From NCBI GenBank assembly GCA_030704615.1, contig CM060732.1, positions 16,554,001 through 16,618,000 on the forward strand: a stretch of 64,000 nt of DNA. Reading direction: 5' to 3'. A program made the translations under genes and the position numbers. How positions within the stretch are numbered: the stretch's first letter is position 1; each line of letters opens with the position of its first letter. Positions 37,054 to 51,540 of the stretch are shown here, piece after piece. The DNA comes from Takakia lepidozioides (taxonomy: Eukaryota; Plantae; Bryophyta). Below the pieces are notes generated by a model. It searched no databases. It was given only the letters and a program-made list of their open reading frames with translations, and was not told the origin of the DNA.

Positions 37054-39352
37054 TATCATCAAACACCCACACTTCATGACTGTCCAATTCAGAAATTGCA
37101 AAGGCGAGCAGAACACTCATCTGCAGACAAACGGAGCGCGTGCCAGCGCAGTCCAGAGTCCAGACCTGCAGCATCGGGTCGCGACCAGGGGAATGGCGGG
37201 CCACCCGCGCATATTGATTCCCCGCTCCGTAATTGCGATTAGTGTGTGAAAAGGACGCCCACGACCGTCCCCCCAATCCCCGCGTCTTAAATCATAACGG
37301 TATTTAGGGCCTGCGTGGCAGCCTACCCTGTCTTCTTATCTGCGGCTGACTTTTTTTTTTTTGGCTCACTTCGTTTTTCTTTAAAACCAAAAAAAGGGAT
37401 GAGAGTGATTTTAATAGTAAAATAAAAGCAAAACTATTTACTTCGGACGGTTGTGGGTTTATCATCCATAGAAGGGGTGACGTTCAATCCGAGAACGCAA
37501 TGAACACTGGGTGCAGCACGACCACGGATGTACTGTCGTCCAAAACGGCAGCCGTTAAAACCATGATTATTACTAGGCACTCACGGCTTCCATCACACCT
37601 TATTACTCTGCACTTACCTCCCCGGTAGTAAACAAGACTCTGATAACGTTTACCCCGAGTAACGCTCGCACGCGTGCCGCGCCCGTTAACTACAAGACTG
37701 CGCTGGCCCAGTTTGAATCCAACCGTTGCGCGCATCTCCCCCATTTTTCAAATTTCAATGCCTTCCGCCACCGTATTGTACGCTCCTGCACCTACCCACC
37801 TGCTTACCTAGGTTGGTAAAAGGTACGAAATATAATACGGATGAGTGTACAATACGCTGCCTTGGGGCACACGGGGGGCACGCCCGGGCGGCAGCACGGC
37901 AGGCCGTGCCCGGGGTGGCAGGTTTTGCCGCGCAAGGCAGAGTTTCGCCGGGTTCCGCCAGTAGGGCGAAAAGCACAGCTGCCAGAGTGGCGAGGTGGAG
38001 CAGAGGGAGGGTCGGGCGGATTGGTGTGCCGGGCTGGAAAGAGGTGGGGCAATGGGCATTGATGGGCGGGTTGATGGGTGCGCGTGCTGGAAGCTGGCCG
38101 ATTCCGGGTCATTAAAGACATGGAATGTGTGCTGACTTGGGGTTGCGGTCTTTGAGGTAAGAGGTAAAGCCCTCCCCCCAGGACTTTACCTTTCGTAGAA
38201 AACGAAGCTGCCCGTTTTCGTGACTGCCCGTTTCTCCTCTGCGTTTGCCACTAGGGTTTCATTGTCACGTCATTGTAGCTCGCTGCCCAAGTTTGAAAAT
38301 CGTCTGCCCAATATTACGAATAATAGATCCATCAAGTATTGGGGGACAGATTCCATAATCTGGGACTACAGCCCGGGGCAAAAACCTGTAATCACGTGCG
38401 AGGGAAAATTCCTGTCAGGGAAGCCCTAATTTTAACAAAGCCAAAAAATCTGAAGGTTTTTACGGAGCAAGGTGAGAAACAGACGTGGCCTTACTTAGCA
38501 GACTCCCATAAATGTTGCTAGTCAGAAGAACCAGTTGGGGTGGTACCATGTCCAGTGTCCACGGGCGGGGGATGGTGTCTCCGGTAGGTATGCTTATGCT
38601 TCATTGCTTATTTGAAAAGGGAAGATAATAGAAATGAGGTAAGAACTTTATTCACACGTGCAAACTCTGACAGGACTGTACGCCGGTTTATGGCATGTCA
38701 AATCTTCCCCACCCTCTCTTGAGAGTGACATGGAACCGAAGCAGTGTAAAGTCCGATGGGGTGGGGAGGATAACTCTACTTGGGGTTACACTGGTATACA
38801 TGATGGGGTGTGTAACTCCACTCGGGGTTACACTCACACAAATTGACTAAGGATTGCAACATTATGGTGCAATTGCAGTACTTGCAGACAATCTCTCACC
38901 AACCATGTCATCCATGACCAAGTCACCAACATTGTAGCTCCTGGTGATAACACTATTACAATCCTATCAATGTGTCATCGCAGATGGAGACATTTGTAGA
39001 TTATGAATACACCGCAAGAGCTCTCACTATTGGAATTTGCAACGAGACTTGTCCCCAAAGTTCTTCAAAGATAGATGCCTACCGAGGGTCTAAGTTTTGC
39101 GAAGCTGCATTGCAACTTATTGATGGACAGTGGCTGGATGTTGAGCCTTTTTGGCAATGCACCCAATCCGAAGAATTTTGTTTCAGGCTTCATCTGGTAT
39201 GGGGCGAATCTCCCCCGCGGTCGCCTTCTCATTCAGTACCTTAGATGTGATGCCCTGGCTGATGGATTGGGTGCAAAGTCCAACTGGTTTGTATATCTCA
39301 GACTTCAGCACGATGAGTGACTCGTTGGCTGCTTCGTATTCGTTCACGGTTC

Positions 39353-39720
39353 AATTCTGAAGTTAGCTAATTGGGTGGTGGTGAGGGCACCTTCTTCTTT
39401 GACCTATTGCAGCCTGTTTTGCCCTGTCATCAAACTCGGCCCTGAATGCATGTTGAATTCTGAAAGTTAGCTAGTTGGGTGGTGGTGAGGGCACCTTTTT
39501 CTTCAACCTATTGCAGCCTGTTTTGCCCTATCATCAGACTCGACCCTGAATGCAGGTTGAATTCTGAGAGTTAGCTGGTTGGGTGGTGGTGAGGGCACCT
39601 TCTTCTTTGACCTATTGCAGCATGTTTTGCCCTGTCATCAGACTAGGCCCTAAATGCATGTTGATTCTTAAAGTTAGCTGGTTGGGTGGTGGTGAGGGCA
39701 CCTTCTTCTTCAACCTATTG
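39353..39720. repeat. 104-bp tandem repeat, ~3.5 copies
   Basis: GGGTGGTGGTGAGGGCACC at 39373, 39477, 39581, 39684. Confidence 0.9.
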
Positions 39721-40299
39721 ATTCGGTGTCTAGGGTTTTTTTAAAGCAGAGAGACCTTCTTCTTAGATCTATCAACATGAAGTTTTGCCTGTAAGAATGA
39801 GTGTACTCCCAAGACGTTGTTTGCCATGGCCATTGACCTCCGCGCCCAGATTGTTTGGTCAACAAAGGTACAGGCAGAATCCCTTGGTAGATTGACGAGA
39901 AGGTCTGTCTGCTTAGAAAACCCCGGACAATTTAGATTTTCAGAGAGAGGGAGGGAGACAGCTGCAATACAACTTGGTTTTGTCATGGGTTTTTTAATTA
40001 GGACAGTGGGTACAGATAGGCTACCCCCACTGAGTTTAAATTCAGTCTATTTTGCCCTCTCATCAGACTCGGCCCTAAATGCATGAGGGAGGGTATTTTG
40101 GACTAGGCAGTGTACATTTTTTAATATGAAAATGGATATGGGTCATTGCAAGGTTGCTAGAGCATGACGTTCCATGCATTCACAGCATCGGATACCAAAC
40201 ATTTTAAGGCACTTTGGGCCAAGGTCTGTATGCGTTCACAGAATGTCGGCCTTCTACTTTTGCCCGGCCACTTTTTTTTTTCCCCAAGTTCCAACTCTG

Positions 40300-43200
40300 T
40301 GGGGTGGAGGGGCTTGTGTTAGGCTGCATCAAAGCGTGCAAATGAAGGGGGACCTGAGGCTGTGGCTCCTGCTGTTGGTCCATCTACGACATGGGTGCAA
40401 CAAGGCCCGAATGGGCCATGGGTACAGTCCACAGGCGGGCATACGTGGCTGCAGCAAGGACCGCCTACCTGGCAGCAGCCCATGGCCCCACCACCCACAA
40501 CCAATTCATGGTCATGGATTCCAGGTGGGTCCAATGGAGGAGAGGTGGAGGAGGTAATGGAGCATGGGTACAAGGAGCTACCCAAACTTGGGCACCTCCT
40601 TGTCCCACTGCTGGTGCGTAGTGGGCAGGCCCCCCTTTTAATGGTGGTCCTCCTCCATTCACACCCCCTCATGGTGATGATCATGAATTCATACAGCAAG
40701 GGGATATGCATTCTGCTGCAGACAAAAAACGTGTAAAGAGGCAGGCCTTAAAGGCACAAGAAACTAATGCCAAATCACGAAAGGTCGCTGGGCTGAAGCC
40801 GCACAAGGTACAACTAAACTCTAACCTTGGCTACCACATCCATCAGTATATGTATATGTCTATACATATTTACATGGTCTATGTGCATGGAGTAGGACAT
40901 TGGAGGCGCCCTGTGAGTTTGTTGCAAAGTGGTGGTACAGTCTTGACTCTGTAAACTTGGAAATGATTTCATGAGTAAGGGCTTACTTTTTTTTGTTGTG
41001 GCACTGGCAAAAGAAAGACAGAGCAAGCAGTCGAAGCTTGATTGAGCTGGCACACGCCTCAAAGATGGACAAGGGATATGGCTCCCAGTCATGTCATGAC
41101 CTTGAGGTAAAAGTCGTGCCCTTACTTTGTCATTACTTAGATTTCTTGCATCAGTAGACAGACCATACAAACTCATTAACTCCATGTTGTTTGGGTCTGT
41201 AGGGAAGAGGGAGTGCGATGCAGGCTCGACTGTCATGTCTTGAGGGCAGTGTGCTTGCCTTGTCAGAAACCCAGATCCCCACGATTGAGGGCGCATTGGC
41301 CACTATAAAAGCTGAAGTGGCTAAGGCTTATGAGGATAATGCCAAAAAACTGGATGCATTGATGGCAATGATGGTGGGAATATCGACACCGGCCCCTCCT
41401 CCATTTACTATCCCAACATCTACTTTAATTGCAGCATTGGATGATGATGCAGGCTTAGAAGGCAACACTTTTGTGCAAGAGGTGGGTTGTTATCCTTCAT
41501 CCCACGTTTTTTTTTTTTGCATCCCTAAAGTGTTTCTTGAGTTTGAGATGAGCTGTTGTGGCATGCTTTGCTCAGGTGCAGGAAGAAGCTCCACAAGTTG
41601 GGGAAAAGTCAGTTTCAGCGGTTGAGGACCCTCTCATTAGTATTGTACGGGTGGGGCACAAGGGGGCTCCTGAAAAACTGCCACGCAAGAAGGGAGGTAG
41701 AGGTGGGACAACACTGGCTGCTGGTGATGACGTCTGCTCCACTGTGAGTGCGGGTAAGGGTGACAGTAGGGTGTTGGCAGACAAGAACATGTACCTATTC
41801 CTGACCAGGCAACTTCCCCACAGAAAGAGGTACCTCCTCCCAGACTTTATCTTGTTTCATTTTCTTGGGCCGACTGTCCGTCACTCTGTTACTCTCATGT
41901 ATGATATATTTAATGGTGTGCATGACACCAATAAAGCCATGAATGCATTATGAACATGTTGGTAAGTACTCATGTACTATACCATGTTGTTTCTGGCATG
42001 TAAATAGGGGAGTAAAGATGAGGAGCCTGCCCCAGCTGTCGTGAAGGGAGCTGAAAAGAAACACACCCAAAAAGCCAAACGTGTGACCAGAGCCACTGCT
42101 GCCAAAGACACTTTGAAAATGGCTGATGCAATTGGCGACATAACACCAGCATCTAGCGGGAGTAAGGATCAGGTGGGCCTTGAGGAGGCACCTGGTCCTG
42201 CTGTAATTCCCGTACTAGAGGTGAGCACCCATAAGCCTTCCATGTTGGCTACATTTGTTGTACAATGTGGTCATTTAGCCATGTTGGGTACATGGTTGTG
42301 ACATTTACAGGACTTTAGAGGTCTAAGGGATGTTGGGGGGTGATGTCTGCAGGCTGAGAAAGCTGCTCTTAATACTTCCACATGCAGTGCACCAATTGCG
42401 CCTGCATCAAAGCCAACCCCCAAAATTCAACCCCCTACCACCGTCACAAATCCACTTATGCTACCAAAAATATTGTACTCTTTCAGTTTTTAATTGTAGT
42501 TGACGTTCCTCATTCTCTAGTTTTCAATACCATCAGTACATGTATGTCTTCATGGGTTGATTCATATGCATTTTGTGGTGGGTGTTGGGTGCAGTTTAAG
42601 TTGAAGGACAAAGTCCACCTGTATGATCCTTCATCGCCACGACATAGGGCCGGCACTGGAGTTGTCACTGGTGTGCTTGGCAAAGACACATATCACTGTC
42701 GAGTTATTCCTGAAGTGCCCCACGTCCTCGGTAGGAACACCCTTTGGCCAGAGAAGAACCTGAGGAGGGGTTAAAAGTATGGTTCGCCCGGGCATAAACA
42801 TTGTTGGCAGTGAGGAAAAGGCAGGAAAGTAATTCATGGCTTTTAGCATGCTTGCGGAGACGTAGTGTAGATGTAGTATGTTACCCTTTATCATGGCTGG
42901 ATTTTGTTGACTCCGTTCCAGCACTTTCTCTCTTGGATTCTATTCTGTTTTTTTAATGATGAATCTTCAAAAGTATTTGGGTATGCATATTCGCTTGGAA
43001 TGTATGGGAATTGTATGAGAATGTATGAATCACTTACACACCACTCTGTTAGTGGTATATGTAAGACTGTCATAGTAGGCAAGAATGGTTGTACTCCTCC
43101 AGATGCAGCCCTAATCACTTACATACCACTCTGGCAGTAATAATTCCAATACCTACGGATACAGTGGATGACCCAGTCAGTGGTTTTGTTAGTGGTTTTA

Positions 43201-43924
43201 GCACACAACCTAACCATTACATCAATATTGGTAGAACCACTCAATCAGTGGTTTTAGCACACAAACTAACCACTACTGCAATAATGCTAGAACCACTCAG
43301 TACAGGTGGTCTTAGCACACAACCTAACCACTACTTCAATACTGGTTGAACCACTCAGACAGTGGGTTTAGCACACAAACTAACCACTACTGCAATACTG
43401 ATAGAACCACTCAATCAGTGATAATATACATTGTTTATTCTCGTTTCATGACTATTCCTGGTATTTAATGCTCACTCACAGAGTTGTTTGTGAAGTCATT
43501 GCATTTTTCAGCGCATCCCAAAAATAGGGCACGTGTTCATTTGCAATATCACCACGTGTTCAGATAATGGTCAACATAACCGTGTAACTGGATTTGTCCA
43601 CGTGTCCATATGAATACGGACATGTGTCCTAGCAAGTATGATCGACGGATTTGCTGCATCCACGTCGCATACGGTGGAAGTGGTTGGAATCACTATGTTG
43701 TGAAGTGGTTAGTTTACCACTGTGACACGTAAGCAAACAGGTGGACTCGGAGGCAAGTGATCGTAACCACTGACTTTAACCACTTCGGACATGTCATGTC
43801 TTTTACCACTGCTGAGTCAAGATCCACTGGTACTTCATCACTCTGGGGCCAGTGTGGTTGGGTGTCTTTTACCACTGAAAATGAGTGGTTACCAGATTGG
43901 TTATTCCACGTTTTTCTTCTAGTG
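40300..43924 (+). mobile_element. Right part of a CACTA (En/Spm) element: degenerate spliced ORF2-like exons, subterminal repeats and TIR; left boundary not located
   Basis: Ends TTTTTCTTCTAGTG (reverse complement CACTAGAAGAAAAA) at 43924; dense ACCACT/AGTGGT repeats ~43150-43900; exon from 42595 (FKLKDKVHLYD..AGTGVV..HCRVIPE) resembles the Tnp1/En-Spm C-terminal domain. Confidence 0.65.
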
Positions 43925-44127
43925 TATAAAGAACCTTACAATCAATTGCAGGCACATTTCCCGGTGTGGCACATACTCAAATGTATGTGTGTGTCCTACT
44001 TGTACAGACATGATGTGAAAAGTAGGAAGACCAAGAAGGCAAGTGGGCATGTGTCGATCAATTGGCCTTAAGTCTTCCTCTTACTCATTTCACCTCTACC
44101 CTCACCATCTAACCAGGCCTTATTACG

Positions 44128-45407
44128 CTACTCCACCTCTTGATTGACAACTTGCAATTGCTTCTTGGCTTCCAACAATTCTTCCTGACATTTCTCTAGT
44201 TCTAGTTCCAATTTTTGCAATTTAGCTACTTGCTTCTTCAAGTCCTCAATCTCCATCGATAATTTTTTTTGCTCCTGCTTGCATTGTACTATCTCCTCAC
44301 AGTGACGAGTATGTGTTGCTTGAAACTCATTCTCTCTTGTACTCTGCAACTCAGCATACCGGGCTACTTTTGTCTTTTCATCATTCATCCTCTTCTGCGT
44401 CTTCTTCGCTGTTTCTATCAATTCTGCCTCTTTCTTCTTCATGATCAAGTATGCCTGATATAAGTAGTACACTGCGGACGAATCCCTGTTGTGCTGCCTC
44501 TGCTAATTGGCATCTCCTGGTCAAGCAACTGCTCATTCTCCTTTGTGGGAGCTCCTTCTTGTACACACTTAGAACATTCCCCTTTCTCAGTAACAGAGTT
44601 TGTCAGTGCGGCTTCTACTTCTTTTTCTGCCAATGGTTTCTAGATAGTCGTCTCGACTAATTTGACATTAGTAATTCCTACACCACCAAAAATCTTCTTC
44701 TCTCCCAATGTTGTGATCCCTAATTGCTTCTGTATAACCGCTGTTAGATGAGTAAGCATGGAGGATGTATTTAACCAGACAGATGAGGAAAAGTGCAAGC
44801 TACATCTGGGGATCGAAGCCTACCGGAAGGAGACGGCCAAGAAATTGACCGGAGACGTGGAGGAGTTTGCCAAACGATGGAAACCGGCCTCAATCATGGG
44901 GGAGACTTCACAGGGAACCCGTACGGGCCTCGTCCCCAATCAACTCAGAGGGAGGACAGAGGACGAAGAGGACTTCGTCGCGGTTCAAGGAGAAAAGACG
45001 GCCATGGATCTGGAAACAGGGAAGCTCGTGGCACCAACCCTGGAAGACAACCAACGAGCTGACGTACGGGTCAGGGGGGATGAACACGGCAAAGAGAAGC
45101 CCCTTGTATCTGACGAAGTGACCCCGTTGGCCATCACAGAAAGGACAATCTCGGAAGGGCCTACGGGTACGAACCGGGAAGAGGCCGTCGAACTTTCAAG
45201 TGACGACAAGGCCATGAGGGATGACAACCCGACACAACAACTGGGGGCTGAGGAGGCCAAAGACCAACAAGGGGGAATTGCAACCGATCAAGAGATGGGA
45301 AAAGAGACTGGGTATCAGAGAGAACAATCTGGGCCAGAGGCAGCAAGGGCAGCAGAGCCCGATACCACTCAGGGGATCCTAGGGAGCCGGGTCAGGCAGC
45401 CGGTATG
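44128..45407. other. Probable TE-derived coding remnants (coiled-coil fragment 44128-44640 minus; acidic low-complexity ORF 44758-45407 plus, cut by the next element)
   Basis: ORF composition only; no diagnostic motif. Confidence 0.3.
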
Positions 45408-45414
45408 GGAGGTT

Positions 45415-45960
45415 AGCTATTTCATGAGCATAAGCGGCATGAGCGGAGTAGTAAGACAATCGGTTTTCATGAGCAGAAGTAAAAATTTTGGAAATAAAAA
45501 ACTTTAAAAAATATTATTTTAATGGAATGTGTCAGAACAAAACTAATATAATATTCATTGTTTGAAGCTGAAATTGTAGTTTTGGGAGCCGTGCTCATGA
45601 TATTTCCTCTTCCGCTCATGGAAATTCCGAGCAACATCTGCAAAAATGGCGCCGAATTTCGCGGTAATAGGTTCCGCAACCGAAGAAAACTGCGACGTGT
45701 TTCGTGGTAATAGGTGCCTCCGGCGAAAAATGGTGCCGAATTTCGCGGCTATAGGTCCCAACATGCCAGGTGTGTTATCCAAAATTTGGAAATGTGGCAC
45801 CGAATTTCGGTAGATGGTGCCGGGGATTGCACAGATGTTGGGCAGTTCTGGGCCATGTAACTGGAAATTCGGCGCCATTTTTCTAGACATCGTTCCCGTA
45901 CAGGTTGGGACTTAGCCAGTTTTCGGCCCAAAATAGGGAAATTCGGCGCCATTTTTTCAA
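45415..45960 (+). mobile_element. Type A terminus (AGCTATTTCATGAGC...) and subterminal repeats of the Mutator-like family
   Basis: Direct repeat of 51137-51540. Carries GGCGCCGAATTTC and GGGACTTAGCCA motifs shared with the 15.8-18.5 kb array. Confidence 0.75.
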
Positions 45961-46234
45961 AAATGGCCCCCACAACTGCTACTATTGGAACTCAGTTTTT
46001 TGGAAGATCTGCAAATTTTTTCTGTCGCCATCTTATTATGGATTCTGTTTCGACATTGAATTGCCACTGGACGTCAACGGATATCCAGAAGTCCATAGTG
46101 TTTAAAAGATATTACTTTAATATTGTCTGTCTCATTCCTGGAGTTTTGGGGTGCATTTCATTACACTGCAAAACAAAGTCTAATGCATAAAAATACAATT
46201 GCAAATATCCATATGGTGGATTCCCTTTGCCCCA

Positions 46235-47648
46235 TCAATGATTTCTGGAATCCCAACGGAGGAGTTTGTGCAGCTCATTCACGTTCAACGCTGGTGCATG
46301 AACAAAGTCATCAATAGTCAAGTTCATCCTCAACCTCTTCAGGTAAATGTAATACAGATGCTTGCACAGATAATACTTTGTCCCCTTCTTTGCTTCCATC
46401 AACGAGAAGTCCGTATAATTGCAGGTCGGCTCCACTCCGATTGTAATTGTTTATACGTCGTCGCGTACAGCTGAGCCGGCCGTTGCCATCCGATAAACAC
46501 GCCCAAGGCCGGGTGCGGGTACGTCCACGGAGCTCTGAATAGTGCAAGCCATCCTAAGAGCATTGGCAATCCAAGTCTCATTCAATTTGTTGGGAGGGTG
46601 TCGTCTCTTCACTCTTCCGAATTGCATTGTGGGATGTGCAGAATTGTCCAATCCGTCTCTACAAGACCGAGCAGTCTGCAATGGCTGAGTCTGGGGAACT
46701 GGAAATGGGTGGGCCGGGACATCTCTGCATTGCACCATTCGAAATCCTGCTGCAGAAAGAGCATCCGCCTCATTTTGAGAAAGATTGCAACCCGGTGCAA
46801 CAGGCCAGACGCCCGGAGGCTCCGGCATTCCCTAAATCCCATACTTAGGCTTGCCAAATACACAAGTCATTATTTCGTGCCTACAGAACCAAAACATTGT
46901 GGCGTGAGAAAATCTGGGAGTCAAAAATCTGCCGCTGAAACAAGGTGCAGGTACAGCACCGTGTGGGTCCTCCGAATCATCTCACCACAGCGTGCTCTCG
47001 TATCCACCCGGATGGCGCAGCACTTCCTTCGAAATGCCGGCAATATCCTTGCAATTCTCTACTGTGACTCCGACACTCTTGTCTCCACAATGGGTATGTT
47101 GTACTGCGTTACTACAGATGGCTCCTTATATTCCTCGGGCACATGCCCTGTGCTCAAAGGAGATGGCGATCTTGAACGTGCAGGACTTGCGGTGCTCGAC
47201 GATACCTCCTCGGGCAACATCACGGGACCACGAGGGAGCGTGCGAATATTCTTGTCAGCTCGCCATGAATCCTCTTCTCCGCCAGGTGCCTCGTCAAGTC
47301 TTCGTCTCACTGGACGGGTGTGAACATCTCCTTCCAAGTGTTGGCCTCTTCGAAGCAATGGCGTGTCCCGAAGGCCCTCTCGCAAGGCTGCCGCCCACTT
47401 GCGAGGATTCTTCGATCTGGAGGCAGTCCGCATCAGCATTTCCTGCCTGTCCAGCCCCAAGCCCCACTGTTTCCCTTTCAAGAACTCGTTATACCTGCAT
47501 TGTTGTATTATTGACCTGACAATGTCCTCCGTTGTGGCAGTGAGGATGTCCACCAGATGCGCCGCAGAGGAGGCACGCCAGGAAGAATGTACTGATTTGG
47601 CCATGTTTGTTGTCGGCATGTCGGTGTCGGAGTCCAGACACATTTCCT
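46235..47648 (-). pseudogene. 3' exon of a Mutator-like transposase-type gene with C-terminal SWIM finger (stops, probable catalytic E to K)
   Basis: Acceptor tgcag at ~47649; PTTNMAKSVHSSW resembles the MULE TNNxxEsxH motif; terminal PTCNYTDF..LCKHLYYIY is a degenerate SWIM; homolog at 1713-2132. Confidence 0.65.
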
Positions 47649-47839
47649 GCACATGCACATGTTGAGATTACAAGCAAGTTACAAATAATGAGGAGCATAA
47701 TATTCAACGGGACGCGAACGCACGTTGCATATGGCTACATTATACGCTCCATTAAAAAACAGAATAAAAAAAAAATCGTGAGCACGCAAAACACAGTCCA
47801 ACAGGTCCCAAAGCAATAGCAGATCCAGCGGAATACATT

Positions 47840-50030
47840 CAACGGGTGAACGGATGGTTGCCCATCCAAATCATTTTTGTTTGCTTCCAAACTTTGCCAG
47901 TACATTCGAGACACCCTCTCATAGGTCCCGGACTAATATCAGATCAATCGACATTCATTCAATGGCTCAACGGATGGTTGGCCATCGAGATGATTTTGGT
48001 TCGCTTTGAGACTTGGCCTGTATGTTCAATGTGCCATGGAAGAGGCCCCAGAGTAATATGAGATCAACCGAAATTCGTTCAATGGGCCGACGGATGGTTG
48101 CCCATCCAAATGATTTTCGTTCGTTTTGAGACTTGGCCAGTGTGTTCAATGTACCCTCTGATAGGTCCCAGTGTAATATGAGATCAATCGTTAACAATTA
48201 ATCATGAATCATCCATTGTTGGTTCACCCTGTAAATCATTTAACATTGACATCATACTTGTCCACTAACTTTAAGAGGGCATGTACAAGACACTCACAAA
48301 GTTTCAAATGAATCCAAAATCATTTGGCAGGGGAATGATTGGTTCACCCATAGCTAATTTCAGGGGCTGAAATTGCCATTTATGGGGCTCGAATTGCCAA
48401 TTTCAGGGGCTGGACTTGCAATTTGAGGGGTTGAAACTGCCATTCCAGGGGCTTCAATTGCCAATTTCAGGGGATGCACTAGCAATTGCCATTTCACAGG
48501 CTACAGTTGCAATTTGAGGGGCGGGAATTGTCATTTCAGGGGCTAGAAGTGCAATTTGAGGGGTTGGAATTAAATTTCAGGGGCTTCAATTGCAATTTGA
48601 GGGGTTGGAATTGACAATTTCAAGGGTTCAAACTACAATTTGAGGGGCGGCCGGGGTTGGTCATTTTAAGGACTGACATTACCAATTTTAAGGGCTTGAA
48701 TTGCATTTTGAATTGTAATTCAAGGGTTACAATGGGCCATTGGGGGGCTAGAATTACCAAAGCAATGACATCCAAAACAATATAAAATCATTTGATAGCG
48801 GAATGATTGGTTCACCCTTTCAACCATTTTTAATTCACGTCATACTTATCCGGTACTTGTAGGAGGGCATGTGGCTGACACTTGCAAAGCTTCAAAGCAA
48901 TGTAAAATCATTTGATAGTGGAACAATTGGTTCACCCTTTCAACCATATTCTACTGACCTCATACTTGTCCGGTACCTTTAAAATGGCATGTGAAAGACA
49001 CTTGCAAAGCTTTAAAGCACTCCAAAATCATTTGATATGTTCATGATTGATTCACCCTTTCAACCATTTTAGATTGATTTGAAACTTGTGAAAGACGTGT
49101 AAGAGGGCATGTACAAGACACTTGCAAAGTTTCAAATCAGTTTAAAATCATTTGGTAGGGGGACGATTGGTTCACCCTTTAAACCATTTTAGATTGATGT
49201 CATACTTCTTAAAGACGTGTAAGAGGGCATGTAGAAGACTTGCAAAGTTTCAGAGCAATAAAATATTATTTCATCGAGGAAGTTTCCGTTCACCCTTTCA
49301 TCCAATTTTGAATTGAACTGGATTTGTACTAAATAAAATGATTTAGAGGGCATAGGATTGTGGGGCGCAATGAGTGTGGGGCGCAATGATTTTGTTTTTG
49401 GCTTGATTTTGTTCTGTGAGTTGAACCCTCACACTACCACATCCTTGCCAAAAAATGTACAAAAAAAAAATGTTTGGAAAAAAACGTTCATCCTTTGCTC
49501 TATGCTCACTATTGCAGAACTCTCTATGAAGAGTGCATGAAGTTGAAGATAACTTCACCTTGGAGTGCAAATGAGGGAATAAAATGTGTTTTGGATGCAG
49601 ACGATGTCTGTTCATGGTGATATTTTGCATGCAACTCTTCATGTTGTTATCAAGCATATGGCTTCAGAATGGAATTAAAAACAATTCATGTGCAGGCGAA
49701 AGGTTGTTTCTTCTTATGAATTTGAATAACCGATTCAAACAACTTTATTGAAGTTCAACTTCGGTCCATATGTGCTTAAGTACGTACAAATTATGTACAC
49801 AAAGTTGCAAGCGAAGAAATAATCATTTACCCCCCAAACGACTCGTTAAACCTTTCAACCAAATTTCAATCATGAATCATTTAATAGGGGAACTATTGAT
49901 TCACCCTTAGAACCATTTTAGATTGACCTCATACTTGTCCGGTAACTTAAAGAGGGCATGTACAACACACTCCCAAAGTTTCAAATCAATCTAAAATCAT
50001 TTGGCAGGGGAACGATTGGCTCACCCATTG
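47840..50030. repeat. Degenerate 120-bp satellite blocks with an embedded ~21-bp minisatellite (48355-48760)
   Basis: GGATGGTTG at 47852/47972/48092; GGTTCACCC-like motif at 48221, 48341, 48809, 48929, 49049, 49169, 49288, 49899, 50018; AATTGCCAATTTCAGGGGCT repeats. Confidence 0.8.
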
Positions 50031-51136
50031 ACCTGGTGTACACTGTCACTCTTCAAGATTCGTGGGTGTGGTGCTTGATTATCCCATATGATGGACCCAG
50101 GTGCCATGGCCAAGTAACAACCATTAAAACATTACGGTACGAGACAAACACAATTGAAAACAACATTTATTCAAACATGATGTAGCGTCAGAGGTCTACA
50201 AGTTTCTATCCATCCTCTAGCAATTTTTGGGCTCAGGCCAATTGAATAGCCCCGTCATGAAACGCTTCACAACATTTTCTAGTTTGTACCGCAACTCTAC
50301 TGTGTCTACACACACCCACCATCAACGCTCATGAATTAGACCCTCCTCACACAAATTGGTCCATTACAATTACCCCCTCATATACATCCTCCCCAGTACC
50401 ATATAATTGACCCCATCTTCCCCCCACTTACACATTACCCAAACTGTCCACCACACAGTACTCGTCCCTCCCTCCCTACCAGAGAACCCCTCCTAATAAC
50501 AACACCCCCACCCACATTATATGCATGGCATATATTATCCTCACCATTATACCCTCACCCAGCCGCCACCCTACCTCTCCCCATAACCATCTCACACTTC
50601 CAGCCCCCCATTCCCTTAACTCACATTCATGAAACGCCAAAAGTCATTGCAAGCCTCAATAGTAACCTCTTTACTTACATAAACCACTTCCTTAGTTGCA
50701 TGCCAGTTTGTTGAGACGAACGCAGCCGCAACAGACACGAATGTTTATTACCATGCCCCGTACCACTCCTCCCTATGCCGATCGCTCCTCATCATGACAT
50801 CGCTTGTCACCGTTACTCCGATCTGGCGCCTAGCCGTTCTGCCTCTGCCCGCATCCATGTCTGCACCTCACCATCCCAGCCACTATCTCATAACAAACTC
50901 ATATACACCTCTCACCCCTCACTCTATCCCCACCCTCAAGCATTCGTACCATACCTCTCCCATGCAATTGCTCGTCAACCATCCCTATTCTTCTCTCCCC
51001 CCACATTCCATCTACTACAATAGGCACTTCTACCACAGTACTCTAGTTAGACCACAATTCTCTCTCGCTTCACTACTTGGTCTACCCCGTTGTGCTCCCA
51101 CTCCACATCCCTACTCCTCTCTTACGCACATTGAGG

Positions 51137-51540
51137 AGCTATTTCATGAGCATGAACGGCATGAGCGGAATAGTAAGACAATCAGTTTTCATGAGCAAAA
51201 GTACAAATTTTGGAAATAAAAAATATTAAACAGTATTATTTTAATGGAATGTGTCAGAACAATAATAATATAATATTAATTGTTTGAAGCTGAAATTGAA
51301 GTTTTGGGAGCCGTGCTCATGATATTTTGTCTTGCGCTCATGGAAATTCCGAGCGACATCTGCAAAAATGGCGCCGAATTTCGTGGTAATAGGTTCCGCA
51401 ACCGAAGAAAATTGCGACGTATTTCGCGGTAATAGGTGCCTCCGGCGGAAAATGGTACCGAATTTCGCGGCTATAGGTCCCAACATGCCAAGTGTGTTAG
51501 CCCAAAATTTGGAAATGTTGCGCTGAATTTCGGGAGATGG
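51137..51540 (+). mobile_element. Second type A terminus, interrupted by a CACTA insertion
   Basis: Aligns with 45415-45817 up to AGATGG, then switches to CACTACAAGA. Confidence 0.8.

Noticed and set aside
37700-39360. GC-rich ORFs and a possible gene fragment
   Set aside because: No recognisable domain, consistent frame or element boundaries could be supported.
50200-51130. Strongly C-rich, strand-skewed tract with short ORFs
   Set aside because: No repeat unit, motif or credible reading frame identified; left unannotated.
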